Shown: positions 1 to 13,023 of the stretch, one piece after another
Position numbering within the stretch: the stretch's first letter is position 1
Layout of the letters: each line of letters begins with the position of its first letter
From: Mobula hypostoma
Taxonomy: Eukaryota
Length of the DNA: 64,000 bases
Direction: 5' to 3'
NCBI RefSeq assembly: GCF_963921235.1
Contig: NC_086097.1
Coordinates: 177,570,001 to 177,634,000 of the forward strand
The notes under the pieces: generated by a model
What the model saw: only the letters and a program-made list of their open reading frames with translations
Told to the model about the DNA's origin: nothing
The model's database searches: none
Program-made: the position numbers and the translations under genes

Positions 1-528
1 TAATTATTAGCTTAATTATTTCTGCAAAGACTCTTGGTCTGAGGAACCTGTTCCTGTTTGCACTGTTCTGTGTGCAGTTTGGTAGGTTAATTAGCTGCAG
101 TGAATTGCTCTCGTGCATGTACAAGTAGGAGAACATGGGAGGAGTTGATAAAGAATGTGGGGAGAATTAAAAGAGAGATGATTGTAGGATCGATGTAAAT
201 TGGAGCTTGAGGGTCGGCACCGACTCAGAAGGCAGAAGGGCCTCTCTGTGAGTCAGTGCTGTTTTCTGAAGGTCACTGCAGCTGGAGCATCATCTGTTTC
301 TCCTTCCTTGGATGCTGCTTGGCTTATTGTGTCTTTTGCAACGTTTTCCGCTCCTATCCCCAAATGTGTTGCATCAGTCTTTGCCGGATTGTGTGCAGAT
401 GATACAGTGAGCCATTCAGCCCCTGGGGTGGGGGTGGGTGGGAATTGTTCTGTCCTTTCATCCAGCCCAAAGCAGGAGACTTTGAGCAGTTAGATGGTTT
501 TGCTGCTGCTACCGTTTTCCTGTACTGA

Positions 529-819
<291 letters not shown>

Positions 820-1394
820 TGACACCCATCAGACATTCAAGGTTCAAAGTAAGTTTATTGTCAAAGGATGTATATGGAACCATTTACTATGCTTAAGACT
901 AATTTTCCTGCAGGCATTTACAGGTAAAAGTAAAGAATACAATAGAATTTACAAAAATCTATACAAAGACGGACAAAAGAAGATAAACTGTGCTTTGGTC
1001 GTTTGTAAGTCACAGGAGCAGTGCAAGGCCCTTTTGGCTCATAGAGTCTGCTCTGCCATTCATCCATGACTGATTTATTTTCCCTCTCAACCCCTCTCTA
1101 CTACCCCTCCCTGGAATTTTTGACACCCTTTCTAATCAACCTTTACTTTTAAAAATTCCTAATGACTTGGCCTTCATAGCCACCTGTGGCAGTGGATTCC
1201 ACAGATTCAACGCCCTCTTCTAAAGAAATTCGTTCTCATCTCTGTTCTAAAGGGGCATTCTTCTATTCTGATGCTTTCCACCCAGTCCTCGACTTTCCCA
1301 CCACTAGAAACATCCTCTGCATGCCCATTTTATTGAGGCCTTTCTATATTCTGTAGAGTTTAATCCTGACCTCAGTATATGTGGAATTTGCATG

Positions 1395-1915
1395 TTCTTG
1401 TGTAATTGGTAATTTGCTAATGCACATGTCCCAAGGTACAGTGGAAAATCTTTTTTTTGCATGTCATCCATTGTGATCTTTTCACCACATCAGTACACTG
1501 AGGTAATAGAGGGGAAAACAATAATAGAGTGCAGAATAAAATGTTACAGTTACAGAGAAGGTGCAGTGCAGGCAGAGAATAAGGCCATAGCGAGGTAGAT
1601 TGTAAGGCCAAGAGTTAACCTTACTGTACCAGGGACTATTCGATATAACTGCAGAATAAAAGCTTTCCCTGAGCCTGGTGCTACATTTGTATCTTCTTCC
1701 CGATGGGCGTGGGGAGAAGAGAGAATGTCTGAGGTGGGTGAGGCCCTTGATTATGTTGGCGACTTTAGCAAGGCGGTGAGAAGTGTGAACAGAGTCCGTA
1801 GAGGGGAAGCTGGTTTCCATGATGTGTTGAGCTGTGCCCAAAACTGCAGTTTCTTGTGGCCTCGGCAGAGCAGTTGCCATACCTAACTGTGACGCATTCA
1901 GATAGGATGCTTCAT
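1395..1915 (-). mobile_element. Degenerate LINE 3' fragment (Rex/Babar-like family)
   Basis: Minus-strand remnant 'HSLFSPRPSGRRYK..RLRESFY', plus a 3' UTR type that recurs at ~20660-21140, 24780-25090, 25920-26350 and 51700-51910. Confidence 0.6.
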
Positions 1916-2175
1916 GGGTATGTCTATTTGTGCGTTTCCTCTGGGTGCTCTGGATGAGATTAGTGTAGATCGCTGTAAATGGGTGACGGATGGTTAGCAC
2001 ACACACAGTGGGACGAAGGTATTTCTTGATGACAGTAGCTGCTAGTGCAGGAGCCTATTCTCACTTCTACCCGATGGAAGCAAATAAACCTTATGTACGT
2101 TAAGCATAGTTTATTATCATGTGACAAGTACAGTGAGGTACAGGCACAGTGAAAAACTTGCCACCGACAACTTGG

Positions 2176-2577
2176 AAGAATGAGGGGAGACCTCATAGAA
2201 GCATTTCGAATGTTGAAAGGCATGGACAGAGTGGATGTGGCAAAGTTGTTTCCCATGATGGGGGAGTCTAGTACGAGAGGGCATGACTTAAGGATTGAAG
2301 GGCGCCCATTCAGAACAGAAATACAAAGAAATTTTTTTAGCCAGAGAGTGGTGAATCTATGGAATTTGTTGCCACGGGCAGCAGTGGAGGCCAAGTCATT
2401 GGGTGTATTTAAGGCAGAGATTGATAGGTATCTGAGTAGCCAGGGCATCAAAGGTTATGGTGAGAAGGTGGGGGAGTGAGACTAAATGGGAGAATGGATC
2501 AGCTCATGATAAAATGGTGGAGCAGACTCGATGGGCCGAATGGCTGACTTCTGCTCCTTTGTCTTATGGTCTTATGG
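2176..2577 (+). mobile_element. Young 5'-truncated CR1-clade LINE (ORF2 C-terminus and 3' UTR)
   Basis: Encodes RGDLIEAFRMLKG..TRGH..FFSQRVVNLWN and ends in a (CTTATGGT) tail. Nearly identical to 59263-59656. Confidence 0.9.
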
Positions 2578-2989
2578 AATATAAATTATGCATAAATTAT
2601 TCAAGACAGTGCAACGACATTAGTGCAGAAATAAAGACGCTGTCAGAGACAAGTCTGATAGTGCAAGAGGTGGTCCATAGTGTTCTGTGGCTGAGGTGGG
2701 GTTAGGTTTGTGCAGGTAGGTTCAAGAACCTGATGCTTTTCAGGCTTCTGAACAGTGTTCCTGATGGCAGCATCAAGGTGAAGTAATGGCCTGGAAGATG
2801 GGGGTCCCTGATGGCAGATGTCACCTTCCTGAGCCCTAGCCTCCTTATAGTTGTCCTCAATGGTGGAGAGAGCCATACCCATGATGGAACTGGCTGTGTC
2901 CCACCACTCACTGTAGCCTCTTGTGTTTCTGTGTATCAGAGCCACAATAGCTGTGTACAAGGAGGTGGTGGAGCCAGTCAGAGTGCTTT

Positions 2990-3208
2990 GCATGGTAGTG
3001 TAGCATTTAGAGTAACTCGGTTACAGTGTCGGTGATGTGGGTTCAATTCCACCACTGTCTGCAAGGAGTTTGTACGTTCTCCTCATGATCGTGTGGGTTA
3101 CCTCTGGGTGCTGCGGTTTCCTCCCGCATGCCAGAGAGTATGGATTAGTGGGTTAATCTGTCACATGGATGCCATTGGGCTTGCCACCATGCTGTATGTT
3201 TAAATAAA
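2990..3208 (+). mobile_element. tRNA-derived V-domain SINE (HE1-like)
   Basis: B-box-like GGTTCAATTCC followed by the V-domain motif GGAGTTTGTACGTTCTCC..GGGTGCTGCGGTTTCCTCCC; TAAATAAA tail. Confidence 0.7.
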
Positions 3209-3216
3209 TCCCCTGA

Positions 3217-4685
<1,469 letters not shown>

Positions 4686-6732
4686 GGGTCTGTGTGTGGA
4701 GTTTATATGTGCATTTTGTCCGGGTGTCATAGAGTGCAGAAACAGGCTCTTCGGCCCAACTGGTTCGTGCTGACCAAGAATCCCAACTAAACTAGTCCCA
4801 TTTGCCCATATTTGGTACATATCCCTCTAAAGTCTCAAGTCTAAACCTTTCCTATCCGTGTACCTAACCAAGTGCCTTTTAAATGTAATAAATGTACTTG
4901 TCTCTAAGTTCAAAGTAAATTTCATTATCAACTTGCAGATATGTCAGCGTACACAGCCCTGAGATTCATTTTCTTGTGGCATACTCAGCAAATCTATGGA
5001 AGAGTAATGATAACAGGTTCAAGGAAAGATCAACCGGTGTGAAGAAGCAAGCAAACTGTGCAAATACAAATATAAATAAATAGTCTTTAAAGTGAGGTCA
5101 TTGGTTGTAGGAACATTTCAACGATGGGGCAAGTAAGTGAGGTTATCCCTTTTTGTTCAAGAGCCTAATAGTTGAGAGGTAGTAACTGTACCTGAACCTG
5201 GTGGAGTGAGTCCTGAGGCACCTGTACCTTCTATCTGATGGCAACAGTGAGGAGAGAGCATGACTTGGGTGGTGGGAATCTCATCCTCAACCTCGTCCTC
5301 TAGCAGCTTGTTCCAGACATGGACCTCCCACCGGGTGAAAAAGTTGCTCTTCAGCTTTCTTCCCTCTCACCGTAAACCTATTCTATCCAGTTCTCAATTC
5401 TGCCTATAACAGGAAAAAGACCCTCTTGATTTTATACACCCCTATAAGATTACCTCTATGAGGGTCCTCTGGTTTCCCCCACACTCCACTGATGGATTAA
5501 CTAGCACAAGTGCTGCTGCCTTGTTCTCAGATTTTTTATTCTACCTCTCTTGGTTATTCTGTTATTTTCAGTTTAGCATTTCCTTTTGCACTGCACTGCA
5601 GTCTCTGCACCAGTCTGCTCTTTTGATCTTGTCACTGTACTTAGTGTTGTATGTACTATTACAATGTATGCTATTTATCCTCTGACCTTCACGCAAGCAA
5701 GGAAATTCATTGCATCCTTGTGTATCTAGCAATAACCTAATCTGATCTGAATCAAACCTGGGAGGAATTGATTGGAATGTGTGGAAAACTAGTGGCAATG
5801 CAATTGTTTATTCTCTCTGTGAGCTGGCATAGGGCTGATGGCCATATGGCTTGTGTGTGGTGAGGATGTAAGGGAAACTCAACAGGAATTCAATACTGGG
5901 CACCACATGGCGGGCTATGAGGTCTACATGTTGAGGTCTAGATGACGGTGCAGAGAAGTTTTACTAGAATTGAGGTACCTTGGTTCACATGCAGAGTCGT
6001 TGGATCAGAGAAGGTTGAAAGGAGATTTAAGAAATGTTCAAAATCAAATCTATTAAGTGGCAGAAGAGAATCATTGACACGGATTTAAAATAATCACTAG
6101 AAGAACCAGAAGGGAGGTGGGCAATTGTACACAGAGAGTAGTGTTAGCAAGTTCTGAAGGAACTTGCAAAAGAGAGTTGATATTTGCTTGGTTGTGGAGG
6201 AAGAGCAGAGGAGAGGGACTCTGAAAAGCTCTTTCTAGGAGCTAGCATGACTGCGTGGCTTGAACAAGTTTCAACGCTGAGTGATTTTGGATCTTGCGCT
6301 CTTACAGCCGGGTTGCATTCACAATCTGTGCTGACACTCCAGGGCTGCACTGCGGGGGTGCCACCCTGCCTGAGGTGCCTTCTGTTTGATAAACATTAAA
6401 CCAAGGCCCCATCTGTGCTTCAAGGACATGAAAGAGCTCAGGGCATTGGTTAACAAACAGACAGGGAATTTCTGTCAGCCTGAATTTATCCTTCAGTTTC
6501 TGGAAAATGGATATTCTGGTCACTGTGCCATTGCTTTTCATGGGTTCCTGTTGTGTCTAAATTGGCTATCCCATTTCCACACTCCTGAAGCAGCTACACC
6601 AAGTACTTGATTGGCTATAATGCATTCTGTATTTCCTTTGGTCATGGTTATACAGCATGGAAAAGGCTCTTTGGCTCAACTGGTCCATGCCAGCCAACAT
6701 TCCCACCTAACGTGGTCCCAATTGCCTTGTGT

Positions 6733-6917
6733 GGGGTGCGTGGGAGGGGTAGCACCTCTAGGTGGGAGGGGGCTTGTCGCACTCCTTGGAGTGGCTCGTC
6801 ATCTATTGGTCCCCACCAACACCCAGCTCTCACCTGTGGCTCCTCATAGCTATTTGCATGCGACAGCAGCCACACCTCGGGCAACGGCTTCGACAGGCCG
6901 GCTAAACTAGATGAGGG
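6733..6917 (+). ncRNA. Candidate HDV-like self-cleaving ribozyme at the RTE 5' end
   Basis: P1 6733-6739/6872-6878; P2 6827-6837/6906-6917; P3 GGC 6838-6840/GCC 6869-6871; L3 starts UCCUC; GGGCAAC at 6879; P4 CGGCUU/AGGCCG 6885-6900; J4/2 GCUAA 6901-6905. Folded by eye. Confidence 0.6.
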
Positions 6918-9900
6918 TAGTCAAAGGGTCTGAAACCCTTGGTGAGATAGGAATTTGCTCATCCCAGCATGCGAAGACTGCTTTGGTGGGTAGACGGAGG
7001 AAACCCCGGGGGTTCAGCGGCTGAGAACGTGTTGCAGCAGCGCATTGTGGAGTGCGTAGGGTGCGACAGAGCACTTAAGATGCAGCCATCCAATGCAGCC
7101 AAGGAAGTTGCCAGACATAACGATTCTTCGTGCCACTGGATCCTGACTTCTGAGGCCGGGAGAGTGGGATCGTCATTGTGCAACATTCATCTCACAACTT
7201 TCAATTCCTACCAGTCTTCTACAAGTCCTACGGTGATGGGGGAGTGGCGAAGCAACAGGTGGAGGTGACCACTGGGAGTTGTAGTCACAAACCCGCATGT
7301 AGGCGGCCTTTGAACAAGTGGTCATTCTTCTCTGTACCCAGGGCAGCAGAGGAGTCCGGCAGCTCCAATAGCGACTGAGCAGCCCTTTTCAGGACAGCAT
7401 TGCTCATCCTTTGATAGGGAGGGGCCTAGAAAAGGTGGCCTAAACATTGCCTGCCCTAGTTGCCAAGGAACTTTAATGCTACAACATCGACATTGCAGCA
7501 ACCACCAGTGGCTACACTTTCTTTTGGAAAGGAAAAGCGCAAGATGAAGAGAGGATTCATGGAATTGGATCTGCAGACAAGTCCAGCTTCCTGAAACAAC
7601 TCTCTGACCTGCCTGTGGGAATCAACGAAAGGCTTATGTGGCTACGTCTGCCCCTCAGCCACAAACGTCACACAACAGTTATCAGTGCTTATGCCCCCAC
7701 CATGACCAGCAAATACGAGACCATTGAACAGTTCTATGCCAACCTTAACTCTGTTCTGTGTGCAGACTCTGCCAACGACAAACTAATCCTGCTCGGTGAG
7801 TAGGCTGTGATCACAGTCGCTGGGAAGGGGTTCTGGGCAAACGTGGTATTAGCAATATGAACAGCAACAGCCTTTTGCTCCTTAGCAAATGTGCAGAATA
7901 CGACCTCCTCATCACAAACACAGTGTTCAGACTGGTGAACAAGTACAAGACAACATGGATGCACCCAGAATCCAAACATTGGCACATGATCAACTACGTT
8001 ATAGTACGTCGCTGAGACATCTGGGATGTCCTCATCACCAGTGCCATGCGAGGAGCGGAGTGCTGGACTGACCACAGGCTTGTCTGCACCACATTGAAGC
8101 AACCGTATTGTTCCCCACCATCCCAAGCGCCCTAAGTTCATCAGAACAGCTTTTAACACCACCAGACTCTTAAGAGCCACTGTATCTTCTCAAGTTCCAG
8201 ACCACCCTTGATGAGAAACTGTCTGCCAACGGACCACTAACTGTTGGCCAACCCAAAAGTGGAATCAGTTTAAAGAGATGGTGATGGAAACAGCAAAATC
8301 AGTCCTTGGCCCCAAGGAGCGGAACCACCAAGGTTGGTTCGACGAGAATGAGAGTGTCATCAAAGATCTCCTGGCCAGGAAGAACAAAGCATTCATGGAG
8401 TGGCAAAACAACCCAAGCTCCATTCCCAAAAAAGTGGTTCAAGTCCCTTCAGGCCCATGCCCAACAGGAAATTCGCAAGATGCATGACCTGTGGTGGGAT
8501 AGGAAAGCAGAAGAGGTGCAATGCTTCGTCAACATCAACAACTCGAAACTGCTCTTCAACATCAAGTTGATCTTCAGCCCTGGCTCATCTCCACTGTTGT
8601 CCGCTGATGGAACCACACTGCTAAAGGACAAAGAGAGCATCCAACACAGATGGAAAGAGCATTTCAGCCAGCTCCTGAACCGCCCTTCATCGGTCGACCA
8701 GTCTGCTCTGGACCAAATCCCCCAACAGCCTATTCACGAGGAACTAGATGATCCTCCCTCGATAGATGAAGTCAAGAAGGCTATCATGCAGATGAGCAGT
8801 GGCAAGGCGCCCGGCAAGGATGGAATACCTGCTGAACTGTACAAGGCACTCAACAAGGAATCACTTGAGGCTTTCCACAGCACCCTGACTAGCATTTGGG
8901 AAGAAGAAGAGATGCCCCCTGACCTCAGAGACGCAACGATAATCGCCCTCTACAAAAATAAACGTTCAAGGACAGACTGCAGGAACTCAGAGGCTTCTCA
9001 CTACTTTCCATTGCCGGAAAAATCCTCACCCACATTATCCTCAACAGACTGATTCCAACAGTGTCAGAAGAGAACCTTCCAGAGTTGCAATGCAGCTTTC
9101 ATCCCAAACGCAGCACTGTTGATGTGATCTTCGCAGTGAGACAGGTACAGGAACAGAACATGACATTATACTCTGTCTTCATTGATCTGACGAAGGTGTT
9201 TGTCACAGTCAACAGAAACGCACTGTGGATCATCCTTAGAAAGCTTGGCTGCCCACGGAAATTCACGACACTCATCCACCTGCTCCACGATGGCATGACA
9301 GGAGTGTTCTCAGATGGTTCCCCATCTGAGACTTTCAATGTCTCCAATGGCGTGAAGTAAGGGTGTGTTCTAGCACCAGTGCTCTTCAACCTCCTCTTCA
9401 CCCAAGTGCTGAAGCATGCTGTTAAGGACCTGGGCCTGGGTATTTACATAAGATATCGCCTAGGCGGATCGATGTTTGACCTGAGACGACTTGCTGCAAA
9501 GACCAAAACGCTGAGGAGGCTCATCACTGAAGCCCTGTTTGCTGATGACTGTGCCCTCATGGCCCACCAGGAGAACCACCTGCAGACGATTGTCAACAAG
9601 TTCTCCGCAGCCTCAAAGCTGTTCAGCTTGACAATCAGCCTCGGTAAGACAGAAGTTCTCCTACAACCTGCACCAAACAGTCACCCTCCTCAGCCATGCA
9701 ACACCATCGACGGCAATGTCCTGGAGAATGTGGAGAGCTTCAAGTATCTAGGAAACATCATCTCCAGTGACGGATCCCTTGACAAAGAGATCATAGCAAG
9801 GATCCAGAAAGCCAGCCAGGCACTCGGGAAACTCCGTGTCAAAGTTCTGGAGCACAAGGACACTCAGCTTTCAACCAAGCTCAAGGTGCACAAGGCTGTG

Positions 9901-10500
9901 GTCCTCACCTCTCTCCTGTACGACTGCGAAACCTGGACCCTGTACCGCAGCCACATCAAACAGCTGGAGCAGTTTCACATGCGCTCTCTACGGTCGATCA
10001 TGAGGATTCAATGGCAGGACCGAATCACCAACCAGGAAGTCCTTGACAGAGCCAACAGCACAAGCACTGAGGCAAGGATCCTCCAGGCCCAGCTACGCTG
10101 GATGGGCCATGTAATCCGCATGGGTGAAACAAGAATCCCCAGGCAGCTGCTCATGGCAGTTGCAATCAGGGCCGCCCCAAAAAAAGATTCAAAGACAATC
10201 TGAAATTGTACGTCAAATGGGCAGACGTCCAGCCTCGACAACTTGAGGAGTCCGCAGCCGACAGGGCTTCGTGGTGCGCCCTGACCAGAAAAGCTGCAGC
10301 TGACTTTGAGGATGACCGAAATCAGCACCTTGCAGCAGCACGAAACCGACATCACAAAGCTGTGTATGCACCTGTTCTAACAACCGCCATTCCATGTCCA
10401 ACCTGCAACCACAGGTGTGCTTCGGCCTTTGGCCTCCGAAGCCACAGATGATTGCACAATGTTTAGTCTTCCTCGGACCCCAAGAGACAACCGCCACCAT
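6733..10500 (+). mobile_element. Near-full-length RTE-clade LINE (APE endonuclease, RT, C-terminal C2H2 finger), inactivated
   Basis: Endonuclease motifs (GYTFFWKGK, NERLMWLRL, ISAYAPT, TWMHP, TDHRLV) and RT motifs (PGKDGIPAELYK, FIDLTK, GCVLAP, LFADD, FKYLG), then CPTCNHRCASAFGLRSH. Several frameshifts and a TAA at 9358-9360. Interrupts an antisense CR1 remnant. Confidence 0.9.
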
Positions 10501-10960
10501 CCATGCACCTGTCCAAATGCCTCTTAATTATTGTTAATATACCTTCCTCAACCACTTATGGCTGCCCATTCCATATATGGACTACTCCCTGGCTGAAAAA
10601 AGTTGTTCCTGAGGTTCCTTCCAAATCTCTCCCCTCTCACCTTAAGCCTCCATCCTGTAGTTCTTGATTCCCCAATCCTGGAGAAAAAGCCGAGTACACT
10701 TATCCTGTTTATGCCCCTCATAATTTTATACAGCTCTACAAGATCATCCCTTGATCTCCTACATTCCTGTGAAAGCAGTCCCCACCTGCTCAACTTCTGT
10801 GCATAATTCAACCCCTCGAGTCCTGGCATCATCTTCAAAAATCTCCACTGCACTCTTTCCAATTTACTGGCATCTTCCCCATTGCAAACAACCAAAACTG
10901 AACACAGTATTCTGTATGAGGCCGCACTGACATCTTGGCAGCTGCAACATTCCAACTTTT
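10501..10960 (-). mobile_element. CR1 3' fragment, host of the RTE insertion (its tail is at ~6645-6732)
   Basis: Minus-strand ORF 'LERVQWRFLKMMPGLEGLNY..RDDLVELYK'. Its 3' UTR continues on the other side of the RTE. Confidence 0.75.
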
Positions 10961-11704
10961 CTCTGGTGTAATAGGAGCCAGGTAAGGTAACCCATTCTTG
11001 TACAGAAATTGAGTACATTACATTCACAGGAGAAACCCACAAAGGAGCTGAGATGTTATTCCAGATTTCTATCATCTGCAGTCTCTTGTGGCGACATTCA
11101 CAGAAGCTAGGTAGAAACCCTGTGTAAGGAAACACTTCATCCAAAATGTGGCATTACAGGCAGTGTGACACTCTTCGAACTGCACTGAGTGAAGCTCGAC
11201 TCCAGAACCTTTCACCTCAGCCAAAATTGAGAGGAATAGCCTGTAAATGTAGAGGGGATTAAACTTCAGAAAGGATGCTGGTGAGAGACAAAAGATGTCT
11301 GTAATGAAATGGGTGTTGAGTAGAATAAATCACCAACAAATCCGGTCAGGAATTCGGGGAATGTGGAGCATGCTTCCGTTAGGTGATAAGGAAGTAATTG
11401 GGGCCGGGGAGACGCAGAAACTCCAAGGGGTTGAATGACTTTTCTCAGTGTTCTTAACTTTGTAAAGTCTTTACTTCCTATTTTAACTGTTCCTTAAGAA
11501 TGCCATGTGAGTTTAGATTTGCTAATCTGGCAAGAAGGGGTGATTGTAAATTTAACCCATTGCAGTACCATCCCCATTCTTTCAATGTTTCAGAAAGCAC
11601 TGTCTCCACAATCCAGGGGAGCTTGTTGATAAGAGCACAAATTTAAATAGTACTTCAAGCAATTTGTTCTCAATAAATGGGTTTATTTGGGGATTGCTTG
11701 TATT

Positions 11705-12335
11705 GAGACACGAGACTGCAGATGCCGGAAATCTGCAGCAACACACAAAAAGCTTGAAAAACTCAATGATGCAGGCAGCATTTGTGGATCATTGATGATA
11801 CAAGTTGAGATCCTTCATCAGGAAGGAAAGATTGAGAGTCATAATCAGTATAAAAAGCTGAGGCGAGAGCTGGCAGGTGAGAGGTGAACTTCAGATAACC
11901 ATTCATTTCTGTCCCTTCCTTTTTTTTTCCCTGATCCCACTGGCCCTTTCTTCCCCTCCCCACCCTCTCTATCTGTCCATCTCCTGGCCAATCCTCCAAG
12001 TTCCCCTCCCCATTTCTTTCCCTTTATTCCATGGTCCGCCTTTCAGATTCAATTTTTTGTCACTTCCGTCCGTCACCTCCCAGCTTCTTAACGTCATTCC
12101 CGCTCTTTCTCCCTCTCTCACCTACCTATCACCAACACCTCTCCTCCCCCACCCCCACCTTCACCTAGGTGTATTTGTCACCTGCCAGCTGTTGTTCTCC
12201 CCCTCCCCCCCGTCCCCACACCTCACTGTACTACCTCCCTTCATTCTTGCATTCCTGAATAAAGGTCTTGGCCCATTGCATTGACTGTCCATTTCCCTCC
12301 ATAGATAATGCCTGACCTGCTGAGTTCATCAGCTT
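11705..12335. mobile_element. Penelope-like element remnant with inverted terminal segments
   Basis: CTGCAGATGCCGGAAATC.. segment in one orientation, then a pyrimidine-rich body ending ..TGCCTGACCTGCTGAGTT in the other. The hammerhead motifs have decayed. Confidence 0.55.
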
Positions 12336-12888
12336 GAATTGATAAAGGATTTAAAAATACCTAATTCATGGGGTTTAAATCTTGGTTAGTTTTAGCTGTG
12401 CTTCAGTAGGAGAGATACTGGGTGGAGAGATGACAGGGTTATGCACAATGTATTTTTAATAAGAAAGATTAATATTTTTATTAAAAAATCCATTAGCCAA
12501 ATGCATAAAATATGCTGGCTGATCCTTCAGGCACCACCTCTAATCCCATTATCAAAGGCCAGAGAAAATTAGATTTATTTTAAAGAATACAAATATTATA
12601 TCGATGTAACCACTCTATTTTGTTTGATCAAATTAATTGAATCCCAGGTAGCACATTAGTCAGGTGGTAACCTCTCATTAGCAGTAAGCTTTTGAGGTTG
12701 ATAATTGACAGAGGGTCAGCTAGGATCTGTGGAGAATGGCAGTTAATAATTAATACTTCTGAAGCTGGCAGAGAAATTTAACGTATTTCAAATTTCTTAC
12801 GGGTGTGAGTCATTGTCTGAGGTAGCATGTGAGAGAAAGTGACATCTTGCAGGGTGGGAGCTATTTGGAAACAGCAATTCTCATTGGG

Positions 12889-13022
12889 CAAACATGAGGA
12901 AATCTGCAGATGCTGGAATTTCAAGCAACACACACAGAAGTTGCTGGTGAACGCAGCAGGCCAGGCAGCACCTATTGGAAGAGGTACAGTCGACGTTTCG
13001 GGCCGAGACCCTTCGTCAGGAC
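12889..13022 (-). mobile_element. 134-bp Penelope-like terminal-repeat unit with 7-bp TSD
   Basis: CATTGGG at 12882-12888 and 13023-13029; highly similar to 41814-41947. Confidence 0.75.
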
Positions 13023-13023
13023 C
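12987..13023 (-). ncRNA. Minimal type I hammerhead ribozyme motif
   Basis: Minus strand reads GGUC-CUGACGA-A-GGGU(CUCG)GCCC-GAAAC-GUC-GACUG: core boxes, stem II, stem I and a palindromic ACGU stem III. Confidence 0.65.
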
